NCBI GenBank assembly: GCA_963662435.1 | Contig: OY759598.1 | Location: 1,458,507 to 1,522,506 of the forward strand | From: Dehalococcoidia bacterium | GTDB lineage: Bacteria; Chloroflexota; Dehalococcoidia; Lucifugimonadales; VXLM01 | Direction of reading: 5' to 3' | DNA: 64,000 nt | Shown: positions 9,937-20,216 of the stretch, one piece after another | How the letters are laid out: each line of letters begins with the position of its first letter | How positions within the stretch are numbered: the first letter of the stretch is position 1 | Notes under the pieces: model-generated | Told to the model about the DNA's origin: nothing | Seen by the model: only the letters and a program-made list of their open reading frames with translations | Databases searched by the model: none | Made by a program: the position numbers and the translations under genes

Positions 9937-10309
9937 CTATTTACCTCCTGGGGACCGGGTCCTGAAAGTCGGGGTGTATCGTCCCTGTCTGGGGTAATTC
10001 TAGCGATTATGGCTACAAGTTACCGTTAAGTTATAACATTTATTCGCATATTTACCCACAAGTTACTCGCCAAACCTTACAATTATTGCTGGGTATGTGC
10101 GACTCTTGGCCACCCATTCCACCCGCGGCCGCTACGGCATCGAAACCCTCATGGAAGGACATGTAATGGCAGTCTAGGTAAATGTAAAGGGCTTCATGGG
10201 CGTCCCTATGGTTCATCGCGAGCCATGCGGAACTGTACAGAGCTTTGCCACCTTGCCCGGTCGACGATCCAGGGCAGGTCACTGGAATTGGCGCCGATTC
10301 GAGACGGAG
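9387..10309. repeat. diverged ~0.92-kb direct repeat, copy 2
   Basis: Aligns with 6141-7063. Confidence 0.92.
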
Positions 10310-10399
10310 GAGGACGCAACACGTTCAGTCGAGGGGAGCGAGTCGTACCCCTGCAGATTCTTCCATGAGGAACATTTCGACACAAGCCAAGGACCCTAA
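10166..10399 (+). pseudogene. degenerate small H/C-type Zn-binding family protein (in-frame TAG at codon 4)
   Basis: MAV*VN...MVHREPC...WRRFETEEDA...PCRFF; same pattern as 10663, 41392 and 45217. Confidence 0.5.
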
Positions 10400-10412
10400 G
10401 GAGAAACCAGAA

Positions 10413-10649
10413 ATGGAAGTATGGGTACCGGTCTTTACAGCTATAGTCGTACTCATCGGCTGGTTTGCGATCAGTGCGGGCGAGAAGGAGAAGAAGCGGG
10501 AGAAGATGCGCATCTTGTGCGATAGCTGCGGAGCGGCAATGACCTACAGGCGGTGGAAGGAGAACGACGGCTGCGCCACCTGCGGCTCCGATCTGTTCTC
10601 CCTCGACAGGAGCGGTCGCGGCAGAGATGAAGGCCTCACGGATCTGTAA
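10413..10649 (+). CDS. small membrane-anchored zinc-ribbon protein
   Basis: N-terminal TM helix, CDSC...CATCGS, AAGGAG RBS. Confidence 0.7.
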   Translation: MEVWVPVFTAIVVLIGWFAISAGEKEKKREKMRILCDSCGAAMTYRRWKENDGCATCGSDLFSLDRSGRGRDEGLTDL

Positions 10650-10662
10650 GTGTGAGTTAACC

Positions 10663-10890
10663 ATGTTCGCCGTCAACGTCGCCTACCCAATTTATCTCAT
10701 CCGCATCCACGAATGGCCCAACGGCCACCCGCGCCACCCCCAGTGCCGACAGCGCGAAAAAAGCCCAGCCAACGGCGAATGGCGACACTTCGCGACCGTC
10801 GAGCAGGCCCTGTACTTCGCCCGCCAGACCAACCTCGAAATCGCCCACTGCCAGTACTGCAAACCGGCCCTTGGCGACCAAGTAGCTTAA
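10663..10890 (+). CDS. small H/C-type Zn-binding hypothetical protein
   Basis: MFAVNV...IHEWPNG...C...NGEWRHF...CQYC; clear paralog at 45217-45453. Confidence 0.75.
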   Translation: MFAVNVAYPIYLIRIHEWPNGHPRHPQCRQREKSPANGEWRHFATVEQALYFARQTNLEIAHCQYCKPALGDQVA

Positions 10891-11749
10891 ACCAACCAAC
10901 GTAAACTGCGGCGTGAGTTCCTACGACCAAATGCACGGATACGTCAGATTACAACAACAGAGATCTCGCAAAACTGATTTGCGAGGTACCCCCAACTCGA
11001 CTCGGTACCTGGTTGGATCGAGTAGTTCACTTCTGTATTTAGACCCGATAACCGGAATTGACGAATCTGCTAGTGAACTAAGCGATGGTAAGACCTTCAA
11101 GGTTTGGAATAGAAGATCCCAATTTCGAGCGCCGGAGTGTGTTCGAGCACAACCGGTTCAACAGGACTCCACCAACACCAGAGAGTCTTTTCGAGCTTCC
11201 GTCGCGGGTCTGGACGCGTCACTAGAAGGACTGGGGAATGTGGGCACCGCAGCCAGAAGACCGGAATGAGAACACTAACTTACTTCCTGATATTTGCATT
11301 TCGTGTTGGTACCCCACTCATCCTCGGAAGTGTGGCGGATTCACTTTCAGGAAGAGTGGCCAAAGTGAGGAGCCATGTTTGAGGCCGTGATCGTTTTGGT
11401 TTCACTGGCGATATTCTTTCTGGCTATCTACGCCCTATTTAAAGGCATGTAAGCATGGAGAACCAATCGGGGTGTCGGCTGGTCGTGCCAGCGGCGAGGA
11501 CATGCGTCGTTTCTCCCGCCTGCCGACAAGCAATCCGGCGTCTGTGGCACTACCCCGTCGGCCCCGGTCTTTCCGCCACCGAAACCTTCAGAGTCCAAGG
11601 GCTTCATGGCAGAGTCCACTTGCGTGGACTACAACCACATACAAGCGAACTGGATGGAGTGGGTCTTGGTCCAATAGCGTCGGGGACCGTGTTGCCGTGA
11701 TACTGTTCTTCGCCCAATACGCAAACAGGCGACGGAAGCCCTAAACTAA

Positions 11750-12970
11750 GGAACCTCTGAACAACCCGCTGTGGAGTAGGGTTGAGTTGATTGAGGGCGT
11801 TTTCGGAGATGTTGAGCCTTCAGGTGGAGCCTATGTGGGGGTTATTTCGTCCTGTTCTTGCCTATGGCGGGACATCTTCGTCCCCGACAGCCCTGATTTG
11901 GGCAGACGGTATACGAGGTTTACTCACACTGCCAAGTATCGCTCGGCTCTCATCAGGTTGGCGAACCCCAGCAGCAATGCCAGCCGCTGCGTGTTCTTGG
12001 CCAGCCCTCGGTAGCGGACCTTTGTGTAGCCAAAGCGCCTCTTGACGTACAGGAACGGATGCTCCACCTTCGCCCTTACTGATGCCTTGCGCTTCTCCCT
12101 CGCCGCATCATCGCTCCCAACCTTCAGTCTTCGACGCTGACCAGGCCTCATCGCCACCTGCCACTCCACCTCCAAGTCTCGATTCTCAGGCCTCTTATCC
12201 ACCCCCTGATACCCCGCATCACCCCACACTTGTGTCTCCCCACCGTGCAGTAACCGAGGCGATTCAGTCACGTCATGCACGTTCGCCGGCGTTGTGGACA
12301 CGCTATGCACCACTCCCGTCTCAGAGTCCACTCCGATATGCAACTTCATACCGAAGTGCCACTCGTTACCCTTCTTGGTCTGGCGCATCTCAGGGTCGCG
12401 CTCCTTACTCCGATTCTTCGTCGACGACGGCGCCGCGATTATGCTCGAGTCCACTACAGTCCCCTCCTGTAGACGAAGTCCCTAAGACTCCAGATGACGG
12501 TTTATCTCCTCCATCAGGCCCGTGCCCAACTCGTGCTTGTCCAACAGATGGCGGAAGTTCATGATCGTCGTCTCATCCGGCAACGGCCCAGATAGCCCCA
12601 GACCTACGAATCGTCTCACTGACTCGACCTCGTAGAGCACGTCTTCCATTCCGGGGTCGCTCAGAGCCTGCCCCCGCGAAGGCGGGGGTTATAGAACAAC
12701 TGCACGCAATGTATCCGAAGCATCGTCGACAACTCATAGGGTCGTCGACCACGACCAGCCTTGGGGTAGAAATGTCTGATGCGCTCTTCCAACTCTTCCC
12801 AAGGGATCAGACCGTCCATGCGTTCAAGAAACTTCTCCCTGCGAGTCTTTCGCTTCTTGCCCTCGTATTCCAAGTCGGCAAAAGTTGGCTGGTCCATCAA
12901 ATCTCTCCTCGGCTGTCGTGTTTACTCCCATGATACTATGCCGCAGAACGTAGCCTTGTTCAGAGGTTCC
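11750..12970 (-). mobile_element. IS5-family element, inactivated
   Basis: Terminal IRs GGAACCTCTGAACAA and TTGTTCAGAGGTTCC, CTAA target duplication. The transposase is broken by a 23-bp insertion (12665-12687) and a CAG>TAG change. Homologous to 36259-37452. Confidence 0.95.
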
Positions 12971-13139
12971 CTAACATATTCACAGTGGCAAGAAACGTGG
13001 GAACAGGTCTGGTTAAGGTCCCCACCGCAGCAGGTTTAAGTCCTGATGGAGAATTCAAATCTCTAGACACGACGAGGCCCTGGCCGACCACGTCGATCAG
13101 TGCCCCAATCAATCTCGAACCCGGTTACCTACTTCCCTA

Positions 13140-16100
13140 TCAGGCTTCAGACGCGCAGTAGGCTAGTCCCAAGCTGCCAAGGTCGTGATCAGCGACGTTC
13201 CGAAGTCCCGCCGGTATGCAGCCCGTCAACCGGTTCCCACTCAACCTGAGATACACCAGCTTCGACAGCCTCTCCAACGATGACGGTATGCTTCCCGTCA
13301 GACCATTCCGGCTCAGCATGAGCTCCTCGAGCTTGGACAGGTTCCCCAACTCCGACGGAATCCCTCCCGTCAGCTTGTTCCCGTACAGCGACAGAATCTC
13401 GAGCTTGGCGAGGCTGCCCAACTGAGTCGGTATCCCACCCGTCAGGTCGTTCGTGTCCAGGTAGAGGTACTGTAAACTGGCAAGTGAACCCAACTCGGAC
13501 GGCACCGTCCCACTCAGGTCGTTACCACCCAAGCTCAGGTAGAGCAACCGGCTCAAACTTCCCAGCGTCGACGGTATCGATCCCGATAAATCGTTATCAG
13601 CAACCGCGAGGCTATACAGGTTCGACAGACGACCCAACGAAGGCGGAATAGACCCCGTCAACCGGTTCTGCCCAAGTGACAACCGGCCCAAACGTGTCAG
13701 ACCTCCCAACTCCGTAGGTATCGCTCCCGTGAGATTGTTCTCACTCAACTCCAACAACTCCAACCCGGACAGCTTCGCAAGCGCCGACGGAACCGTGCCG
13801 TCCAGTTCCAGACCGGAGAGCGACAGCGATTGTACTCGACCGGGTGTGCCCGCGACGCCCACGCCCTTCCATTTGCCGATAGCGACGTCGGAACTCCAGT
13901 TCAACACGACCGTTCCTTCGAGCGAGTCCCTCAACGCCAGGAGCGTCAAACAGTCCGCAACCAGCCCGGCGTTGTCGGACGGACTCGCAACCGCCGTGCC
14001 GTTGGAGCACGAAGCCTGCTCGACCGATACCGTCACTACGGCCCTTCCCTTGCCACCCTTCCTATCGCTTGCAGTGACCGTCAGCGTATACGACGACGCC
14101 GTCTGGTAGTCCAGCGTCCCCGCCAGCGTAATCCGGCCCGTGCTCCCGTCGATGGCGAACTTCCCGGCGTCATTGCCGGCCGAGATAGAGTACGCCACAG
14201 TATCGCCCTCATTCGGGTCCGTCGCCGACACCGCTCCCACTGTACTCCCGACCGAAGCGCCCTCGATCACCGAGAAGGCATAGGCGCTGGCTCCAAACAC
14301 GGGAGCCCCGGTATCCGCCACCTCAACCACGCCTATCGTTACCGTTGCCCTCGCCGTGCCGCCCTTGCCGTCGCTTGCCTCCACCGTCAGCGTGTACGAT
14401 GAGGCGGTCTCGTAGTCCAAAGTCCCTGCAACGGTGATGACCCCCGCGCTCGCGTCGATGGCGAACTTCTCGGCCTCGTTCCCAGACACAACGGAGTACG
14501 TCAACGTATCTCCCGCATCCGGGTCCGTCGCCGACACCGTTCCCACCTGCGTTCCCGCAACAGCGTCCTCACTCACCTCGAACGAGTATGACGCCGCATC
14601 GAACACAGGAGGCTGAGTGCAAGCGCCGGTCGTCTCGCTCACCGGCGCAGACCACGACCTCACCTCCGCCTCGTACCTTCTACCGTCTCCGTACGCGCCC
14701 ACTCGAAAGTCATAGCTTGTCTCGCAGGAGAGCCCTGAAACGACGTAGCTCCTTTCAGTGACGCTATCATCCTCCATCTCCCACGTCTCCTCCCCGCTCT
14801 CACGACGCTGGACCTGGTACCCCGCTGCGCCTCTGCCAGCATCCCACGACAGGTTAACCGAATCATCCCCAGACGCTGCCGCCGTCACTCTAGCAGGCGG
14901 AGAAGCAAACGTCGCAATGCCCGGCCGGATGCGAACCATCAGCTTGTCTCCGTCCTCCCACGGCTGCGATCCCACCGACCAGGCGAACACGTCGTCCGCA
15001 GTGTGAACCGTCGAGTTGGTAACGCTCAGCGACAGTGATACCCTACCGTCCAACTCGATGAAGTCCAGAATCTGACCCGACAACTCCGACCAAGGGACAA
15101 CTTTCACTCTTACCGTGCCGGACTCATACGAGATGCTCTCGATGGTCGCCGAAGCGCCGTTGGCATCGGTGAACGCCACGGGCTTCAACACGCCGTTGGT
15201 CGCGTCCGCAGTAACTGCGCTGCCGACCGTCACTGGGTCGAAGAATGCCTCGTGCAACGTCCCCGCCGGAGCGGAAACGGTAACCGTCAGTTCGTCGGTA
15301 AGCGTATGGTTGCACGCGAGGAAGGGAAGCGGAATAAAGTGGCGGTTGAACCGGTACTCGCCCGCCGGAAGTGGTCGCGATGCCACGATGATCTGGTCAA
15401 AGACGAATAAGACCTCAGTCAGCTCAGCTCCGTCGGGATCCTTGAACGGCACAAGATCACCAAGCAATACGGAGAACAGACCAGAGTCACGCCCGTCGAT
15501 CTGGAGTTCGGCTTTCTCCTCGGCTGAGTATGCGCCACCTAACTCATCTTCGTAAAGCACGGTGTCGGCGGATTGTCCCGATCCGAATTCGTAGCTCGTC
15601 GACACTCTGAAATTCCTGCCCGGTTGACCCGTCGACTCTCTGTGCCTGTCTAGTCGTTCGACTTTGTACTTATACTTGACGCACTCTCTGTACGCCTCCG
15701 AGCCGTCTCCGCCATTCAACTCAGCAGCAATCTCTGCGACCCGCTTCTTCAAATTGCCGAGGGTGATCGTCGGCGTGGTCGAACCCGACGGAGACGGCAC
15801 ATCCAGCAGGAACTCCTGGCTGTCACCCGTAGTAGCCGAAGAGTTCGGAGCGACAGCAGGTAGCCACGCCTTTTCGAGCCTGCTGGCTATGCTGTAGTTG
15901 TCCGATCTGTTGGGGTGCCCTAAAAAGTACCGATTCTGGCCCCGCAATGACGGAAAGATATCTTCTCTCACGTCCTTTAGGAAGAAAATCGCGTCTCTGT
16001 CGTCCCATTGAGTATCTCTCCTATCATGGATGCCGGGAATCGCGTCCTCGGCCTCCTTACGGGAGCTATAGTCTTCCGACACAACCCGCATTGCGGCGAT

Positions 16101-16436
16101 GCTGTTGCCGCCGCTTCCCTTCAGGTACTCGCTGACTGAGAGATTGAACTTCAAGACGACGTAGAAACTGCCTTGAAGTCGCTCAGCGCCCGCGACCACA
16201 TCAGCGGAAACGGAAGTCAATGTGGCCTTCACGATGGTCGGGTGGTTGGAGATTCGCTCTTCAAGCGACGTTGCCCCTCTGAATGGAGCCCCTATGCCGA
16301 TCCCAGCAGTTGAGGTTTGACCTTGATCGACCTCTGTGACCCGATCGCAGGTGATCGAGCCGGAGGCCAGCATAACGCAAGCCAGTAGAGCCAAGAGTGC
16401 TAATTTCATCGTCCTCACCTTTTTCATCTTCCTCAT
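13140..16436 (-). CDS. large secreted/surface protein: unknown N-terminal domain, Fn3, two cadherin domains, plant-RLK-type LRR array
   Basis: Signal peptide; Fn3 (LSWD...YDFRVGA); two cadherin repeats (VSATDPD/N...LDYE/QT); repeated LxxLxLxxNxLTGxIPxxLG. Confidence 0.9.
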   Translation of the reverse strand: MRKMKKVRTMKLALLALLACVMLASGSITCDRVTEVDQGQTSTAGIGIGAPFRGATSLEERISNHPTIVKATLTSVSADVVAGAERLQGSFYVVLKFNLSVSEYLKGSGGNSIAAMRVVSEDYSSRKEAEDAIPGIHDRRDTQWDDRDAIFFLKDVREDIFPSLRGQNRYFLGHPNRSDNYSIASRLEKAWLPAVAPNSSATTGDSQEFLLDVPSPSGSTTPTITLGNLKKRVAEIAAELNGGDGSEAYRECVKYKYKVERLDRHRESTGQPGRNFRVSTSYEFGSGQSADTVLYEDELGGAYSAEEKAELQIDGRDSGLFSVLLGDLVPFKDPDGAELTEVLFVFDQIIVASRPLPAGEYRFNRHFIPLPFLACNHTLTDELTVTVSAPAGTLHEAFFDPVTVGSAVTADATNGVLKPVAFTDANGASATIESISYESGTVRVKVVPWSELSGQILDFIELDGRVSLSLSVTNSTVHTADDVFAWSVGSQPWEDGDKLMVRIRPGIATFASPPARVTAAASGDDSVNLSWDAGRGAAGYQVQRRESGEETWEMEDDSVTERSYVVSGLSCETSYDFRVGAYGDGRRYEAEVRSWSAPVSETTGACTQPPVFDAASYSFEVSEDAVAGTQVGTVSATDPDAGDTLTYSVVSGNEAEKFAIDASAGVITVAGTLDYETASSYTLTVEASDGKGGTARATVTIGVVEVADTGAPVFGASAYAFSVIEGASVGSTVGAVSATDPNEGDTVAYSISAGNDAGKFAIDGSTGRITLAGTLDYQTASSYTLTVTASDRKGGKGRAVVTVSVEQASCSNGTAVASPSDNAGLVADCLTLLALRDSLEGTVVLNWSSDVAIGKWKGVGVAGTPGRVQSLSLSGLELDGTVPSALAKLSGLELLELSENNLTGAIPTELGGLTRLGRLSLGQNRLTGSIPPSLGRLSNLYSLAVADNDLSGSIPSTLGSLSRLLYLSLGGNDLSGTVPSELGSLASLQYLYLDTNDLTGGIPTQLGSLAKLEILSLYGNKLTGGIPSELGNLSKLEELMLSRNGLTGSIPSSLERLSKLVYLRLSGNRLTGCIPAGLRNVADHDLGSLGLAYCASEA

Positions 16437-19400
16437 TGCCTCGTATGACGACGGTAGATCGCATTCAACTGCTCTAAATCCTTATCCCGGACACGCTTTG
16501 CGTCTGAAGGCGAATTCATTATGGCTGGAGTCTCGTTGGCGAGCCGGTCGTCATATACGTCCGCCCCACCACCCCTGTAAAAGTCCGGCATCCCCAAGGT
16601 ATGCCCAAACTCGTGGATCACTATGTAGTTCACGTACACGTAGACTTCGTCGCTCCCATTTAACCCCGCCATACCGTGCTTACCGCTGTCGTTGGTCCAG
16701 AAAATCCGTAATTGATCCGCGTTGTCACACTCATCATCATCTTTGGGACAACTAAATCCAGGGGCCTCGAACACCATATCCATATCGAGCATGTGCCTGC
16801 CCGGCGCTAACGCAGGCGAGGCAGGCGGGTCGCCATCGCCGTCTTTGATCACGCAGGCCATGCTGTTTTTCCCACACCCGGCCGAGGGAGTGTCCCTGGT
16901 GGTGGCAACAGTCTTGATCGTGACGATTCCGCCATCCATCATTCGGCTATTGCAACTGATGCCCATGCTCTCGTCATCACAGATCAACAGGCCGTGCCCC
17001 ATCATAGTATTCCAAGCCTCGGCGCCCAACTTAATTGCACCCTTGATGAAGCTATTGGAGATAGTCCCCTTCGCATACTTGACGGTGTGGTCGGCCTGGT
17101 GTCCCCACCAGTATGCCGGCGTCGGGGCCTTGCGAGTCTCCTTGGCGGCCGGACCCAGCCCGGCGGCATTCCGAGCTCGGACTGTGAATGTGTAGCTTGT
17201 TCCAGGCTCGACCCCCAAGAACTCGGCTTTCAATGGAGTACTCACATCTACGACTATGGTCGAAGTGCTGGGCGTATGACTAATGATATAGCCGTCCTCA
17301 TTCTGTACATTCGTATCTTCCCACATGATCCTGATGCCCCGGCCGCCGACTATATCTACAGCTTTGAGGTCACTCGGAGCACCTGTAGGTCTCTCGTCGT
17401 TCACGACGGTCGTATCATACTCCGACGCATCAGTCGCCGTTCCCTCTGGAGTTTGCGGAGTAATGGCCCTGATCCTATGCTTGTAGCTCACGCCATCGGT
17501 CAGCCCTCCGACTATAGCCTGCATCTTTCCGGTTGAGTTCAAAGTTGGGATGGTGACCGTGAAAGGATTGAACGGCAAAGCGCGCCAATCGGGACCTATA
17601 AGTACGGGGTGGTGCTGTTCAACGATGTAGCCGGTAGCATGAAGAACCGGATCCCATGTGAGCTTTATCTTCCGATACTGCTCGTAGACGCCGGTCGGTT
17701 TTCCCGGAGCAGCCCTCAGATTGACGCGGATCTCAGCCGAGGTGGCCGTGCCATGCGAGTTGTGGGCTACGACCCTGAGTCTTGCGATGTTCTCTGGATC
17801 GAGGTTGCTGACCTCTGCTCTGCTGTTGGGGAAATCAATTCGGACGTCACCGGTTCCAAGCTCGCGCCAACGGAAGTCCTGAGCCCTAGAGTTTGGCTTC
17901 CAGTGTTCGACTGTATAGCGTTCTACACGCGCAGACGAACTCCAATCGAGCTTGACCAATCCTTTAGTGCCTCCGATCTCAAATGTCAAATTGCCCGGCG
18001 CTGCGGGTTTTCTGTCAACGGTTGGTGGCGGCGCTGGACCTGAGTCAACAGGCGGTGGCTGCTTCGTTACCCTGACGAACTTGTTGGTCGAGGCGATGGT
18101 GCGGTTTCCGTGCAGGACGGACGCAAAGACTCTTGCGCCCCCGACATGGCACGCATGGAGGGTGAACTCGTTGCTGAGCGGAGGGCTACCCGAAAGGCTT
18201 CCTGAACTGGCTGTATTCTGCGAGCACGCGGCATCGAATCCAAGGTCGGCATCGCCGGCCAGCACCTTGATGCTGTAGGTAACCGTACTCGACAGGTTCG
18301 ACGCGGTTACCTTGAAATTGTAGCTGAAGGTTTCGGGATCGCCCTGTGGCAGTGAAGAGACGAGTTCCGACATTTCGACGCTCGGAGTCTCGATCCTTAT
18401 GCTGACGCTGTCCAGCAACGCGTCGCCGCTGACCGTCCGCAGACTGACGCCAGCGGTGCCGGGCCAGCATCCGATGAACGTGACCGGGTTGTCCGGGGAG
18501 GCGAGGGTGACGGTATTATGAGTCGACTGGCCCACTATCTCCGGACACGATCCTCGGTGCGTGAGCTTGGTGTCGTAGACGAGTTTGACCTGCGTATTGG
18601 ACGGGGTCACGTCGGAAGGATCGAGCGTCACTTCTTCTCCTATGAATATGGTCGAAGGCGACGCGCTCAGGGATCCCGTCGGCGTGGTGGGCATGATAGT
18701 AGACGGCTTGGTTGTCCCATAACGCACGAGAGACCAAGCCGAAGAGCCTGCGGCATTCCCGGCGCGGACCTCGAACTCATAGCGCGTGCCCGGAGTCAAG
18801 CCGGAGAACGTTTGGGTTGTGCCCTGGATGTTGTCGGTCTGCGACCAGGTGCCCGGCACGTCGGCGCCCCCAGCATCCCGATTCCTGTACCGAGCGTCGT
18901 AATGGGTCGCTCCCGTTACCGCTCCCCAACTCAGTGAGACCGAAGTTTGTGTGGTTCCCGTGACTGAAGGCCTTCCGGGAGCGGAGGGCACAGGGGAGGT
19001 CGTGACGGTGATCGTGAACGTCTTCCGGTCAGATGCCGACGCACTGTCCGTAACGATGTACGTCACCGTCGATGTGCCTATGGCAGACGGCTCGCCGCTG
19101 ACTGTGCGGCTAGACGCAGTGAACGACAACCCCGCGGGGAGGCCGCTCACGCTGTGCTTGTAAGGCGCGGTCCCGCCGCGCGCCACAGGCAGCGTGAACG
19201 ACGTAAACACATCCTTCGTCAGCGTCCGGTTCGACGGGACAGGGAGACTCAGAGGAATCGGCGCGGAGGTGGTGGTTCCATACCGTATGGGAGACCATGA
19301 CGAATCTCCCCCGGCGTTGCCGGCGCGGATTTCAAACACATAGCGCGTACTCGGACTCAATCCGCTGAACGTTTGACTTGTGCCGCTGATGCCGCTGGTC

Positions 19401-19783
19401 TGCGACCAACTCCCGGGAACGCCTCTGCCTCCGGCGTCCCGGTTTCGGTACCTGGCGTCGTAATGCGTCGCTCCGGATTCGGCCCTCCAACTGAGCGAGA
19501 TGGAGTTGTGGCTGATTCCGGTGACCGACGGCCTCCCAGGCGTCGAAGGCGGCTCAACCGCAGATCCCTGACCTATAAGAGGAGGGGTTGAGGTTTCTGA
19601 GCGGCCTAGCGTATCAGGGATTGGGGTTTCCGAGCCTTCCTGTGCCTTGAGTGGACTGACCAGGACGACCAGAAAGAGCGATGCTAATCCAAAGGCGAAC
19701 GTCGCCGCCAGTCCGATTCGCAACGCTGGGATTACATGCTTGGCCGTCTGGGGGAACCGCAAAGTCTTCAGAAAGGCTTCCAT
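16433..19783 (-). CDS. secreted Fn3/Ig-repeat zincin metalloprotease
   Basis: Signal peptide, several Fn3 repeats, a putative Ig segment (GLPAGLSF), and C-terminal HEFGHTLGMPD zinc motif with downstream Met (AIMN). Stop overlaps the next gene (ATGA). Confidence 0.88.
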   Translation of the reverse strand: MEAFLKTLRFPQTAKHVIPALRIGLAATFAFGLASLFLVVLVSPLKAQEGSETPIPDTLGRSETSTPPLIGQGSAVEPPSTPGRPSVTGISHNSISLSWRAESGATHYDARYRNRDAGGRGVPGSWSQTSGISGTSQTFSGLSPSTRYVFEIRAGNAGGDSSWSPIRYGTTTSAPIPLSLPVPSNRTLTKDVFTSFTLPVARGGTAPYKHSVSGLPAGLSFTASSRTVSGEPSAIGTSTVTYIVTDSASASDRKTFTITVTTSPVPSAPGRPSVTGTTQTSVSLSWGAVTGATHYDARYRNRDAGGADVPGTWSQTDNIQGTTQTFSGLTPGTRYEFEVRAGNAAGSSAWSLVRYGTTKPSTIMPTTPTGSLSASPSTIFIGEEVTLDPSDVTPSNTQVKLVYDTKLTHRGSCPEIVGQSTHNTVTLASPDNPVTFIGCWPGTAGVSLRTVSGDALLDSVSIRIETPSVEMSELVSSLPQGDPETFSYNFKVTASNLSSTVTYSIKVLAGDADLGFDAACSQNTASSGSLSGSPPLSNEFTLHACHVGGARVFASVLHGNRTIASTNKFVRVTKQPPPVDSGPAPPPTVDRKPAAPGNLTFEIGGTKGLVKLDWSSSARVERYTVEHWKPNSRAQDFRWRELGTGDVRIDFPNSRAEVSNLDPENIARLRVVAHNSHGTATSAEIRVNLRAAPGKPTGVYEQYRKIKLTWDPVLHATGYIVEQHHPVLIGPDWRALPFNPFTVTIPTLNSTGKMQAIVGGLTDGVSYKHRIRAITPQTPEGTATDASEYDTTVVNDERPTGAPSDLKAVDIVGGRGIRIMWEDTNVQNEDGYIISHTPSTSTIVVDVSTPLKAEFLGVEPGTSYTFTVRARNAAGLGPAAKETRKAPTPAYWWGHQADHTVKYAKGTISNSFIKGAIKLGAEAWNTMMGHGLLICDDESMGISCNSRMMDGGIVTIKTVATTRDTPSAGCGKNSMACVIKDGDGDPPASPALAPGRHMLDMDMVFEAPGFSCPKDDDECDNADQLRIFWTNDSGKHGMAGLNGSDEVYVYVNYIVIHEFGHTLGMPDFYRGGGADVYDDRLANETPAIMNSPSDAKRVRDKDLEQLNAIYRRHTRQ

Positions 19784-20216
19784 CTTAGTCCACTACTCCA
19801 CTATCGACCGAAGTTACTATGAGGGCTTGTTGTGCAATAGATACAAATGTCCTGTACAGCAGTTCGTCACTCTTCCAAGAGGCAACGTACCTTCCTGCCG
19901 CTGCTGCGAGTGTCCAACATGGCGATCATGCCTCCTTTCAACAACGGCTCGCCTTCCCTGTAGGGAACAGGCGGAGTCACAACCCCCGGCGGCAGGGGAG
20001 TTCCTCCAAATGCGCGGTTACCTTCTGTCTCAATTACGTGAGCCTCGCGCATCGAATCAGACACATAGGACTACGGTTATGGTATCTCCTCATCTCTATG
20101 ACACGCGTAGTATTCAGTGCCTCTTTTGTATTGTTTTGTGTATAATCCTGTATGATTCCTAATATTTCCGGGACGGAAGACGGTTCCACCACTCCCAACC
20201 CAGGAGGGAAGATTCC

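Noticed and set aside
10913..11744. Several short ORFs before IS5
   Set aside because: Short hydrophobic fragments with internal stops and no recognisable family.
13200..14620. LRR and cadherin nucleotide repeats as a DGR template/variable pair
   Set aside because: They are ordinary in-frame domain repeats; no reverse transcriptase is present and I saw no adenine-restricted mismatch pattern.
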